Assembly (NCBI GenBank): GCA_030295235.1 | Contig: AP026137.1 | Span: 1,054,001-1,118,000, forward strand | Origin: Fistulifera solaris | Lineage: Eukaryota | Reading direction: 5' to 3' | Length of the DNA: 64,000 nt | Shown: positions 13,329-25,817 of the stretch, piece by piece | Layout of the letters: each line of letters opens with the position of its first letter | How positions within the stretch are numbered: the stretch's first letter is position 1 | Notes under the pieces: generated by a model | What the model was told of the DNA's origin: nothing | Database searches by the model: none | The model's input: only the letters and a program-made list of their open reading frames with translations | Translations under genes and position numbers: made by a program

Positions 13329-13655
13329 TCCCAGGAAATCTGGGAGAGTGGTATTTACACTGGTCCAGAAAATCTGGACTAGTTGTATTTTCACGTTCCC
13401 AGGAAATCTGGGCGAATGGTTTTTACACGTGGCCCAGGAAATCTCGGCGAATGGTTTTTACACGTGCTCCAGAAAATCCAGACCAGTTGTAATTTGTAAT
13501 TTTACTTTCCCAGGAAATCTGGGAGAGTGGTATTCACAGTGCTCCAGAAAATCTGGACCAGTCGTATTTTCATTCTCCCAGGAAATCTGGGCGAGTGGTA
13601 TTTACAGTGGTCCAGAAAATCTGGACCAGTCGTAATTTCACTTTCCCAGGAAATG
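13329..13655 (+). repeat. Degenerate 69-bp double-hairpin minisatellite (~4-5 units)
   Basis: Recurring CCCAGGAAATCTGGG and TGGTCCAGAAAATCTGGACCA. Reverse complement of the 53.0-54.0 kb array. Confidence 0.9.
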
Positions 13656-13736
13656 ACAGAGAAATATGAAAATGTTTGACGTTTGAGGTTGCTGCGCCAT
13701 TGCATACCTAACATTGTATTTCTTCCTTTGGAAAAG

Positions 13737-14582
13737 ATGATCATGCATATTAAAAGCCTTTCTTCGCTTTTTTATCTTATCAATGTTGCGGTTTTCATCT
13801 CTGTTTCTTTTGCATCGTCATCCGTAAAGACGACGCCGGTGACGAATTGGGAGACATCCTTTGCCGCTTCTTCACTTCAAGGGACCGTGGTCGTTATTCC
13901 CTGCAAAACAGAAACAGAAGACGCTTTACAAAATGAAAATGCTTTATTGGTTCTTCTTCAAAAACCTTCTAATGCCGTGCCCTCCTTTACTATTCTGGAT
14001 CGCGCTTTTGTGGCTTGGACGGGCTTTGCGGTAGACGTTGAATGCTTAACGAATGAGCTTTTGCAATTTACGGACGATCACGTCTCTATTTACAATCAAG
14101 GACCGAAGAATGTTGCTACGTTCCTGGCGTCACGCGTTCGCAAAGAAGCTTTCTATCAATCCGGACGACCGTATGCGGTACAAACGTTGGTAGTGCAACA
14201 ACAGCGTGTCTGGACCATCGATCCTTCTGGCTCTTGTATCTTGTGGAGTTCGGGTGCTACGGCAATGGGAAGGGAAGCGGCAGCTGTAAGAAAGCAACTA
14301 CATAAGGCGCTACAAGCGCATGCGACAATTCCTACGGTAACACAAGCACTTCGCATCGCGCTCGAAGCATTGTCGAATTGTAAAACCTCAACAAGAGAGA
14401 TTGATTTGCCTCGGGTGTTTTTGTTGACCGAAAACAGAGAGCCATCGACGGAGTCCAGTTGCTTACGTGTTGAAATTATTAACGACCACATAGTTCGACA
14501 ACAGCTACAAGATCTTTCTCAAAAGAGCAGCGACGACGACGACGACGATAATAACAAAAGCAACAACGCGAGCAAGATGTAA
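13737..14582 (+). CDS. Divergent 20S proteasome alpha-type (Ntn-fold) subunit with an N-terminal signal peptide
   Basis: AWTGFAVD, SGRPYAVQTLV, WTIDPSGS..W..ATAMGR motifs. Hydrophobic leader SLFYLINVAVFISVSFA. Confidence 0.7.
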   Translation: MIMHIKSLSSLFYLINVAVFISVSFASSSVKTTPVTNWETSFAASSLQGTVVVIPCKTETEDALQNENALLVLLQKPSNAVPSFTILDRAFVAWTGFAVDVECLTNELLQFTDDHVSIYNQGPKNVATFLASRVRKEAFYQSGRPYAVQTLVVQQQRVWTIDPSGSCILWSSGATAMGREAAAVRKQLHKALQAHATIPTVTQALRIALEALSNCKTSTREIDLPRVFLLTENREPSTESSCLRVEIINDHIVRQQLQDLSQKSSDDDDDDNNKSNNASKM

Positions 14583-14682
14583 GCAGGTACAATTTTCGCT
14601 TTTCAGAAGCATGTAATTTTAACTTCAATCGCATCTCTCGATGCGAATACTGTGCTTCAAGCTACTTTCTGAAAGTGCGAAT

Positions 14683-16236
14683 TCATATTCGGAAAAGATC
14701 CAGACATTGCGGGCATTTGCCAACACAATTGTGCCACGCGCAGCGTTCTTCCCAAGGAATGGGATCGCTATCTTTGCAGTTTGCTGGACAAGTTTCGTTG
14801 GTGACGCACTCGGTGCACTGTGCACACGAATCCCAGCCGCATTTTACCTTCCACTGCTCTTCGTTTATGCGGCACCAATCGCGACAAAGACCGTACTTCG
14901 ATATCAAAAAGGATCAAATTGCACAAACTTTTTCGTGTTGGGCCAGTCTTTCCAGTCTACGGTGATGGGCGTTCGGAAGTGGCACAAATGGACGACGTAA
15001 AAGTCGCGCAATACACTCATGGTGAAGCCGGCACGATGGAGTTCTCGGTACCACGATTCTTTGTCGTATCCGTAACCCCGGAACTCAGTCCAGAAGCGAG
15101 GCACGGCTGACAGGTAACCAATCACGTAAGGCTCGTATTGTTCTTGCCATTCGATGGGATAATCAGTCGATTCGGTGAAGGTGTACCACTTTTCGGCGTT
15201 ACTCGCTCCCTGATTGAGCACATGCTCATCGGAGTAAATAACCCACGCCGTCTTTTCTCCTACCATGCGAACAAGGTCTTTCTTCGACTCGGGTAAATCG
15301 CTCTCAGAAGCTTCGATTTCCGGTGCTGCACTGACGCCGCCAGGGCACACTTCGAAGGCAGGTAAAACGAAAAGATGTCGGTTGTGACTCATCGCGCGGA
15401 GCATGTCAGGATGATTCTCAAACAGCTCACGCGATTTCGCGAAGGAATCTGGAGGAACAATGAGGTCCACGTCGAGCAACAAAAAGTAATCTGCGCCGAT
15501 GTTCTCCAAGCCGAGATTGCGTAATGAATTGTAAGGATAGGTCCACTGCATAGTGGGCTCCGGGTACGGCGAATAATCAACAATTTTTTCCATGAAAATA
15601 TGCACGTTGCTTTCTCGCAAAAACGACGCAATGGTGTGATTGGCAAGCCAGTCTCCGATCAACTCGACATCTTCGGCGCTCTGTATGTAGAGGGCAATCG
15701 AACCGGGCCCATTCCATTTTCGCAAATTGGTTATCAAGTGCGACAACTTGTTATGATTTGCCGACGCGTGCATAGTAATGACGACTTGTTGAGCATTCTC
15801 CACTTCAACCTCCCGTGCAATGAAATTGACAAACGACTTTGCTCGCGGCGTGGAGCTTTTTGTGGCAAGCGCGTGAGCTTCCAAGTCGATCCAGTGCTCC
15901 ATCAGTTGTTCTTTATAAGAACGTCGTTTCGTCGTTTCGCCTCGCGGGCGGAACATTGAACGACCTTCGAGCGCACCAAAGCGCAAGATTATTACATCGC
16001 TTAGAATAATGGTGAACACCGCTACGATCAGCAACTTCAGCGTCGTCAACCTTCGTTTCGGCGGACCTTTTGCGCTTTGTAGCGACTGTCTTTTGGGAGA
16101 CAGGGTCGAAAGACACGAGGAGGTCTGTCTCATCATAGCTTTCCGTTTCTGTGCACGAGAACGTTTCATCATCATGAACTTCCTCGCCACTTTTCGTTGT
16201 GCGAGAATCGGGCGGGCTAGTCCGGTTTAACGACAT
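14683..16236 (-). CDS. GT49-like (LARGE/B4GAT1-type) type II membrane glycosyltransferase with a C-terminal Cys-rich repeat
   Basis: W.GP.SIA, YPYNSLRN, LLLDVD (DxD), LFVLPAFE, YEPYVI, FRGYGYDK motifs. Homopolymer indels near 16095 and 14905. Confidence 0.85.
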
Positions 16237-17579
16237 GGTTTTTAGTAAAAAAAAAACAAAAGTAACTGGCGAGCAACAAGAAGTTATTGATCTGTGTGAT
16301 AAAAGGTTGAAAATATCTTCTTGTTTAGAACTTCGTTGGTTTAGAAAATATTGCAATATTGCGAATGTTGAATGCAAGATGCATGATGCGACGAGGAAGA
16401 ATTATTTTTGACAAGGACGAAGAACGAAGAGCTTGGAACTTGGAACGACGACGAGAAACCTTATCAAATCTTACTGGAAACTTGTAGACACTCATACATA
16501 CAGTAAGAAATTTCGCAGTACTGTCTAAGAAAACACTATAAATTTTGTATATGTATTACACATCATACATCATACGTTCATAGTTCATAGGTTACAGGTT
16601 ACAGTGATCAAAACCTTAAGAAACGACGCGGAAACGGTCTGTAAAAATTATGCGGGGCAGTTATAATGCGCTCATTTTTATATATGATTATTTATGCCAC
16701 TTGGAGTTGCCCGTTGCCCGTTTGGGAAACGAAAACACAGTACACAGTACATAGTAGATAATAGAAAGTAGCCTCCTACACGACACACGACACACGACTC
16801 TCAAAAATCTTACAGAAATGCCTTTACTTAGACTCTCTAGAGTAGTCTACTGGAACTCCGTATTTCTTATTTTTCATAAGAAGCGCGAGTAGACAAGATA
16901 CAAGATGCGAGGCAATGAATGCGAAGAAGTCAAACATATCTGTAATCTGTAGCCCCGCAATGAAATTGATGCAAATGTATTTGGGCAATGTTTTCTTTGC
17001 ATTACGAAGGAGGGCGAAGTATTATTCGGGGCCACGTTTGAATGTAGGTTGACGTTCGGTTTCGACTTCTCAAATTTCGGGCATGATGTCTCCTTAACAA
17101 TGTTTGAAACGTTTAAATGAAATGCGATGATACCGCTGCTACAAGTAACACACACTGTCGCTGATAATTTCAAGTGATAAAGCTGTTGGTAATTCCATTC
17201 TGAGGACCAGGTTGCTGCCCTTTTCGAAAATACGAAAAAGCTGATTGTTTGCTTCAGGGAAACACGAAATCACGCACCTTCGACACCGCCCATTTTCTTA
17301 CATCATCACCGACGAAAATTGATAGAATGAGTTTGCAATTGTCAGCACCGTATTAAAACAACGAAATTACAACGGAAGCGACTTTGTTTAGTAGAGAAGG
17401 TGATGAATTCGCCTCTCTTTCCATGCGATTGAAATTGTGTTACGCTTACGGCGCCGCGAGAATGAGGTCTACGAACGCTTCGAAAGATGTGAGTACGTTA
17501 CCAAATCTTTATTGCTTAATTTGTTACTTTTTACTGATCAAGTCTTTTTCTCAAAAGCTATCGTTCTTCCAATTTCATT

Positions 17580-20312
17580 TTAAAAGAATTCCAAACACTG
17601 AGGACATTTGCCAACACAGTTGGTCCAGGCACATCGTTCGGCCCAGGGATACTCCACACTGCTTTTGCACTCCGCTGGACATGTTTCGTCCGTAATACAC
17701 TCGCTGCACTGTGCGCACGAATCCCAAACGCATTTGGTGGGCCATGGTTCTTCGGATGTTTGGCACCAGTCGCGACACACTCCGTATTTCGACATTAGGA
17801 ACGGATCGAATGCCAAGTACTTTCTTGTGTTGGGCCATTCCTCCCATTTCACGTTAATGGGTGTTCGCGCGTGGCACAAATGTACGACATACAAGTCGCG
17901 CAATACACTCATGGAAAAGCCGCCACGGTCAAGTTCTTGGAACCATGAGACTTTGTCGTAACCGTAACCCCGGATACCCGTCCAGAAGCGAGGCACTACC
18001 GGTATGTAACCAATCACGTATGGCTCGTACTGATGCTCCCACTTGATGGGATAATGGGTCGATTCGGTGAAGGTATACCACTTTTCAGCGTTACTTGCTC
18101 TCTGATTGAGCGGTTCAATATCAGAGTAGATGACCCAGGCCGTCTTCTCCCCTATCATACGAACGAGATCTTGCTTCGACGAGGGTAAATCGCTTTCGGT
18201 GGCGTCCACTTCCGGTGCTTGACTCACGCCGCCGGGGCACACTTCAAACGCCGGCAACACAAACAAACTTCGACTGTGGTGCATGTCTTGAAGCATCTGA
18301 GGGTTGTTCTTGAACAATTCGCGCGTTGTGGCGAAAGAGTTGGGAGGAACGATTAAATCTACATCGAGCAACAAGAAGTAGTCTGTACCAGTATTTTCCA
18401 TGCCAAGATTGCGCAATGCGTTATAGGGATAAGTCCATTGCATGGTGGGCTCTGGATACGGCGAAAAATCAACAATCTTTTCCATCAAGATGTGCACGTT
18501 GCTTTCCCGTAAATGCCACGCGATGGTGTAATTCGCAAGCCAGTCCGCGATGAGTTCGACATCTTCGGTGCTCTGTATGTACAGTGCAATAGACCCGGGC
18601 CCATTCCATTTTCGCAAGTTGATGATCAAATTGGCGAGCTTACCATGACTTGCTGAAGCTTGCATGGTAAGGACCACTTGTTCGGAGTTCTCCACGTCAA
18701 CTTTGCGAGGAATGAAATTGACGATTGACTTGCTCAGCGGCGTGGTCAAATTCAACGAATACGCATCGGCTTCTAGCTTCTCCCACTGTTCCATGAGCTG
18801 GTCTTTGTACGTGCGTGGAGTCCAGACCTTTTCCGTCAACATTTTTCGCGCCACCAGATTTCCCAATCTTTCGTAAGGCTGCGATTGGTCAAGTCGTGAA
18901 TGGTCGCTTCCATAGCTTCCACAGACGCCTGACTTTTGGTCTTCACAGTATCGTGAGTATCTCCATCTTTTGTCAAGCGACTGTCGCAAGTGGCGCGGGC
19001 CCACCAGTATTCGGTCTCGTACTTGACCATGATGCCTTTATGCTCCCTGGCCGCCGGCGAAAAAACCATCTATTTGTTCACGTGGTGCGAATAACAGCGA
19101 ATGCGTGAGACATGCTTTGCATTTTGTCAAGGGGAAGCGCACACCCAACGGCTCATCAATCATCATGCTACTTACAAGGAACGTCACCCGTGCGCCTCAT
19201 ATCTCCATCCTTCGCCATGCACGTGAACATATTGCGAGGCGTACGACTGAGCTTCAGATTGTGATAATTCCAAGCCGCCAGGAGCAAATGCTCGGGTGAT
19301 TCGATTTCGTAGAACGTTTCGTTGGAATATTCATTTCGTAGAAACGGAGGAAGTACATCCAGAGCACTGAGGATATCGTTCTTGGACGCCACAAAGTTGC
19401 GATCGTTGATAGCCCCCAGTCCTCGCCTTCCGGTACAACGATGGTGTCTTTCGGCAAAGTAGAAAGATCGTAAGGACACATGTAAAACTGATCGGTGCGT
19501 GTCACAACGAAGCGGTCGTATTGCTCCAGCATGTTGTGCTCTACAATGTGCTGCGCTAACCAGTAGCGCATCATGTTCTGGATGGCTCCAGACGTTTTAT
19601 GGCCCTTGACACCTCCCAATACACCAGCTTCTCTCGCCCTTCCCTGCACCCGAGGTTCCACTTCCTCTCTCCATCCTGGGATATTCAAAGTATCTGAACG
19701 TCAACAACATTACGAAATCGTTAGAGACACGACGGTAAATTAAAAGTAACTCGCAATCATAGCAATACGTACCGAGAGCATCACCCCAATCTTCATATTC
19801 CTTTTCACGAAAGACATATTTGGCTCGCTTCCACAGAGATGCATCGTTGTATTTGTCGTCACTGGAGCCCACAACAAGCCCTAAATCAGCACTATTATAA
19901 TCAAGAACGTTCTTGTAGAGCGATTCCCACGCCGGTTCTCCGCAGCGAAGATTACCGATCAAGAAAACAATAGTGCGATTGCCTGGAACTCTTAGAAACC
20001 GTTGTTTCTCAATAACACCACTCATTAGCACACCATGGCTTAGAATAGCCGCAATTCCAGTTATAAAGAGAACTTGCAACAACATAAACCGACGTTTCGG
20101 TGGCGCACGCCTCTTCAGCGGCGATTGCTCTCCTAGAAGATGTCTGCGCCGACGCAGCGGAGAGGAAGGAACTTCCGAAATGATTACATCTTTTCGTCGT
20201 AACTCTCTGTTTCCGTACAACACATTGTTTCATCTTCCTCGTCCGTCTTTTTAGGATCGTTTTTGGGACTATGGTAAGATGATGGGCTGTTTCGTTTGGG
20301 AATCATCATCAT
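17580..20312 (-). CDS. Two-domain glycosyltransferase-like protein: unclassified GT-like domain + GT49 domain + Cys-rich repeat
   Basis: TM helix, then RTIVFLIGNLRCGE...YDRFVVTRTD...EDWG.INDR...KY..EY, then the GT49 ORF. Introns near 19695-19772 and 19070-19175. Several homopolymer indels must be assumed to join the frames. Confidence 0.65.
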
Positions 20313-21000
20313 GAAGGACAGGCAAAAGTAATCGATCGAGTGGATGATTATTCGACTCCGCCTATTATGCAGAATAAAGTCGAATGAATGGGGAGCAGGT
20401 TTTATTATAAAAAAGGAAAGATATGTCGATGGACGATGGAGTTTGTGTGCAATGTGCAGTGCAATGTTCACGTTCACGAACATGAAGAAGGAGTCTGTTT
20501 CGCGCATTATTGCCCCACTTTTTACCATAAATCTTGAAAGGTCCACTGTGGAATTAACTGTAAGCTGGGGACAGTACTGTGCTTTTATGTAAAATGTAAA
20601 CCGACTTACATACTACTCCGGAGTAACTAAAAACAGGTATAAGTTCGGCACTTCCGACAACAGTTCCGACAGCAGGCTCTTCTGTACAAAATTGTATTGC
20701 CCACTTGCCCTCCATTCACGAATTCCGTTTCCCGCCTTTCCTGTTTGTTGATAGTAAGTACCACAATCAAAAATACGATTATCCGTTTCGGATCGTTGTA
20801 AAACGTCTGAACTGTGAAGAACGAAGATTTGCGGATGCCCTTGACCGCTGACGTGGACCGAAAGAGTGAGGGAGTGGGGAGTCGCGAGTCTTGGAGTCTT
20901 GGAGTCTTTCTTTTCTCCCTAACATCTACTTGTAACCTAACACCTAACATCCTTCTGTACACATTCACGTGTTTATTAGGCTCTTCGCTAGTATTTCGAG

Positions 21001-21619
21001 TAGGGTTCTGTACGGGTTTAACCCTTCATCCGGTGTAACCCTTCATGAAGGGGTGAAGGCCTTCACGGAAGGGTTGTCCGGTCTAACCCTTCCCGTGAAG
21101 GGGTACTCATAACCTATTTTTTTTAAACAACTAACACAATCCTAAATATTTATTCCTAATTTCCTAAAGTCCGAATGAATTTTCTCATTCGACTGAATTT
21201 TCCACTGTTTTTTCTCTTTTGTAACAAATATTCCGATTCCAATTTGGCATTTTGTCAAGTGAGTTCTAGGACTTGAGAGCCCTAGTGCTAGTGGAGGGCA
21301 AGCCCGGAACCCGTTTCCCAATGAGGGGGGAAATCGTCTTGGCATTCCTTCTCTTGGATTCCGAAGAAGCATACTAACCGACCGAACCAGAGAAAGACTC
21401 ATGCGCGCTCTGATGAACCCACAAATCTACTATTCTTTTTGACACTCAAAACTCCACGTGGAACAACATCAAAGGGTTGAAAGTTCAGTCACGCTCGTTT
21501 TCGGCTCGGGACTGAACCCTTCTCGAGAAGGGGTACGGTACATGAAGGGTTCGAGTGTCCGACGGACCCTTCTGAAGTGAGGGTTTGAAAACTGAAAACC
21601 CAACCCGTACAGAACCCTA
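21001..21619. mobile_element. Non-autonomous hAT-type DNA transposon, family 1 (619 bp)
   Basis: Perfect 18-bp TIR TAGGGTTCTGTACGGGTT. 8-bp TSD ATTTCGAG at 20993-21000 and 21620-21627. Subterminal AACCCTTC/GAAGGG motifs. Confidence 0.95.
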
Positions 21620-21829
21620 ATTTCGAGGCATAAAATAATAGTGTAGGGTCTAGCTAGAGAGGTGACAAGCGACAAAGCCTTAACTAGATTTTAGACTACT
21701 TGTATCCTTTTGAGTTTTGAGATGACAAGTGACAAGACTAAGACAAGGTGAGTGACGAGTGAAGAGTGAAGAGCATCCAACTGAGCTGACAACCGAACTT
21801 TGAATGTCGCGGTCTTGACACTCAGCTCC

Positions 21830-22129
21830 TGGAATTCTAAAAGGATAGAGTAGATTGACGTGGGGAGGCCATCGATAGAAACCAGCATCACGGAGTTCAG
21901 TACGCGCACGCGTAAGTATTTGCCATATGCGTTCTTCTCGTTCCGGCGGAACCAAACAAACTGTGAAATGATGAAATTTGGGAGGAGATTCGGACGTCGT
22001 TGCTGTCATCCGTCGGATGCTTCGTTGTGCCGTTTTGTAGGCAACTTTGGCAACGAAAGCACTAGAAGAAGGAATGACAGATACTAGACGGCCGTAAAGC
22101 AAAATTAGAACGAATAAGACAGGTTGCAT
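21830..22129 (-). pseudogene. Truncated 2H-phosphoesterase (2'-5' RNA ligase-like) gene fragment
   Basis: Presequence, then CLVPP...R...D..FYRWPPHVNLLYPF. Similarity stops abruptly and simple-sequence DNA follows. Confidence 0.55.
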
Positions 22130-22349
22130 AGAAGCGAGAAAGGAAGAAATAAATAATAGTAATGAAAGATAAATGCATTGAAGGAAGGAATGAATAAATT
22201 ACCGGGATGCGCGGCATTTATTTGTTGAACGGCAAAACAATCCCGCCAATTTAGTCACGTGTAAAGTTAAGAAACTATAAATTCTACTCGGTATAATCTA
22301 TTATTTGTGTTAATAATATTCCAAACTAAAAGGCTCGGACGGGGAAGTC

Positions 22350-23540
22350 AATATCGGAACCCTGTCTTATTCTTCTCTTTTCGTTTCAGAGAATCAAGTT
22401 GAAATGAAAAATCCGGGGCAGGTGAAAATGACATCCTCAGTTGCCGGTTTCGGAGTACTGGTACTAGATTCGTCGAGATCCGCAACTTCCAAAAACTCGC
22501 ACAATACATCCACATGTTGTGACAAGAACAATGCAAGATAATGTTACGTTTTCAGTTTCTGTTCTACCAACGTCGTCGCCACCAGCACTCGTCGCAGTGT
22601 GGAAGACGACTCTTTCAAAAGGTTTACCGACTGGTGGTAGAAGCTATTTAGCGCATAGAGATCGTCGATGCCAGATCCATTCGAAATCCTGTCTTTTAGA
22701 GGTTAAGAACATCAATGCTCCGGTTGCGCGAAAGTAGCTTTTCAATCCAGGAGTAAAGAGGGTGCCATGGGAGATTAGAATCGTCGTCCTCGTCGTCGGA
22801 GGTATAGTCATGGGATGGAAAGTTCACGAGAAAGGTTCGCAGAGATTTGTGAAGATCCTCCAAATGAAGACCCCAATCTAGATAAAAATGACTATCCCGC
22901 AAATCAAGACACGTCGAGTTTGTATTGGCCTTGACTGCACCGTTCAACGCTGCTGCAACAGAGGTGAGGCGATCAATTTGGAATGCATCTTTGTCTTCCC
23001 CTTGCCAAAATTGAATCGAAAGGGACAGCCGTTCGAAATGACCCAAATGGGCCACCCTTTCCAAAAAATGAAACAAAAAGACAATCCCAGTCTCTCCACT
23101 CATGCAATTGGATCGTGAGGCTTAGATCCTTTGTCACTTTGTCGAGCCACTGGAAATCCTCGGGCTGAAGTAGCTCGAAAGAACATCGTATTGTTCTAGA
23201 GCTTTCACGTTGGCGGAAAGTGGCAGCAGCTTGAGTTTCTTGTCAAGCACAGGTATCTCCAACACTTCAAATATATCCGGTTGTTACAGCCGTCGCATAT
23301 TGTCTGTAGTGAAACCCATATTTTTGGGATAGAAAACAATCTTAGGGAACCAAAGGATGATGTTCGACGTTCCAATGTATTGACAAACGCTGTCCGCCGT
23401 CGGTGAACGCAAAACCATTCGCCGACGAGGAGTGATCGTCTTTGCCGAGTTCCAGCTTCAATGGGTACGGTCTTGACGTAAAACGACGGACTGTTGCGGG
23501 TTAAAGGTACCCTTCTCGAATGAATTCGAACATTCGTCGT
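22350..23540 (-). pseudogene. Degenerate member of a diatom-expanded RNI/LRR-like hypothetical family; 5' part missing at the satellite
   Basis: Fragments in shifting frames: SRPYPLKL..GFAFTDGG.AFV..LERR.SSFGSL, LGHFERL, LLSRNR.I.V, ID.LY.LN.FY, H.DVLCEF. Confidence 0.6.
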
Positions 23541-23544
23541 TTTG

Positions 23545-25566
23545 ACGAAAGATGCAACGCTTCGGAATGTCTACGTAGATTTCACGTAGCGCTCGTAAGG
23601 AAATTTAGCGACAGAGGGGGAACCCGGATATGGGAAAAATTCGATACACCATTTTCCAGGTCTTTTGGGCATTAACGCCATCATCGCTTTCACCGAGATC
23701 TATATATCGTCCCAACAAACAATTATCGTCATTGAAGCGACTGTAATACATAAAAACGCACGAAAGGTGCAACGCTTCGGAATGTCTACGTAGATTTCAC
23801 GTAGCGCTCGTAAGGAAATTTAGCGACAGAGGGGGAACCCGGATATGGGAATAATTTGATACACCATTTTCCAGGTCTTTTGGGCATTAGCGCCATCATC
23901 GCTTTCACCGAGATCTATATATCATCCCAACAAACAATTATCGTCATTGAAGCGACTGTAATACATAAAAACGCACGAAAGGTGCAACGCTTCGGAATGT
24001 CTACGTGGATTTCACGTAGCGCTCGTAAGGAAATTTAGCGACAGAGGGGGAACCCGGATATGGGAAAAATTCGATACACCATTATCCAGGTCTTTTGGGC
24101 ATCAACGCCATCATCGCTTTCACCGAGATCTATATATCGTCTCAACAAACAATTATCGTCATTGAAGCGACTGCAATACATAAAAACGCACGAAAGGTGC
24201 AACGCTTCGGAATGTCTACGTAGATTTCACGTAGCGCTCGTAAGGAAATTTAGCGACAGAGGGGGAACCCGGATATGGGAATAATTCGATACACCATTTT
24301 CCAGGTCTTTTGGGCATTAACGCCATCATCGCTTTCACCGAGATCTATATATCGTCCCAACAAACAATTATCGTCATTGAAGCGACTGCAATACATAAAA
24401 ACGCACGAAAGGTGCAACGCTACGGAATGTCTACGTAGATTTCACGTAGCGCTCGTAAGGAAATTTAGCGACAGAGGGGGAACCCGGATATGGGAATAAT
24501 TTGATACACCATTTTCCAGGTCTTTTGGGCATTAGCGCCATCATCGCTTTCACCGAGATCTATATGTCGTCCCAACAAACAATTATCGTCATTGAAGCGA
24601 CTGCAATACATAAAAACGCACGAAAGGTGCAACGCTTCGGAATGTCTACGTAGATTTCACGTAGCGCTCGTAAGGAAATTTAGCGACAGAGGGGGAACCC
24701 GGATATGGAAAAAATTCGATACACCATTTTCCAGGTCTTTTGGGCATTAACGCCATCATCGCTTTCACCGAGATCTATATATCGTCCCAACAAACAATTA
24801 TCGTCATTGAAGCGACTGCAATACATAAAAACGCACGAAAGGTGCAACGCTACGGAATGTCTACGTAGATTTCACGTAGCGCTCGTAAGGAAATTTAGCG
24901 ACAGAGGGGGAACCCGGATATGGGAAAAATTCGATACACCATTATCCAGGTCTTTTGGGCATTAACGCCATCATCGCTTTCACCGAGATCTATATGTCGT
25001 CCCAACAAACAATTATCGTCATTGAAGCGACTGTAATACATAAAAACGCACGAAAGGTGCAACGCTTCGGAATGTCTACGTAGATTTCACGTAGCGCTCG
25101 TAAGGAAATTTAGCGACAGAGGGGGAACCCGGATATGGAAAAATTTGATACACCATTTTCCAGGTCTTTTGGGCATTAACGCCATCATCGCTTTCACCGA
25201 GATCTATATATCGTCTCAACAAACAATTATCGTCATTGAAGCGACTGCAATACATAAAAACGCACGAAAGGTGCAACGCTTCGGAATGTCTACGTAGATT
25301 TCACGTAGCGCTCGTAAGGAAATTTAGCGACAGAGGGGGAACCCGGATATGGAAAAAATTTGATACACCATTTTCCAGGTCTTTTGGGCATTAACGCCAT
25401 CATCGCTTTCACCGAGATCTATATATCGTCCCAACAAACAATTATCGTCATTGAAGCGACTGTAATACATAAAAACGCACGAAAGGTGCAACGCTTCGGA
25501 ATGTCTACGTAGATTTCACGTAGCGCTCGTAAGGAAATTTAGCGACAGAGGGAGAACCCGGATATG
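23545..25566. repeat. Tandem array of a 215-bp unit (9 full units plus one ~85-bp partial)
   Basis: TGCAACGC(T)TCGGAATG recurs at 23553, 23768, 23983, 24198, 24413, 24628, 24843, 25058, 25272 and 25487. Only a few SNPs between units. Confidence 0.98.
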
Positions 25567-25817
25567 CCATCATTTTTTTTGTGCGCTGCAATGACAAAAA
25601 TGGAAAACGCAGCGAGACGCCATTACCAGGTACCTGTTATACATTAACTGTTTTATCTCTTGTCTATAATGATTTATCAATTAAGATAAACATGTAGATA
25701 TGCAATTCTCCTTCTGAAAGGATCGCCTGCTTTTGTAACGAAAACGAACGTCCTCATTACCCGTGTACATTTTGCAGGGAACGGTCAGTCATTCGGCTGC
25801 TATCAATGCTCTACTCT

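Noticed and set aside
23545..25566. Hammerhead retrozyme, 5S rDNA or TRIM tandem array
   Set aside because: No CUGANGA core on either strand, no 5S similarity that I recognise, and no TG..CA LTR ends, PBS or TSD. A covariance-model search would be needed to exclude other RNAs.
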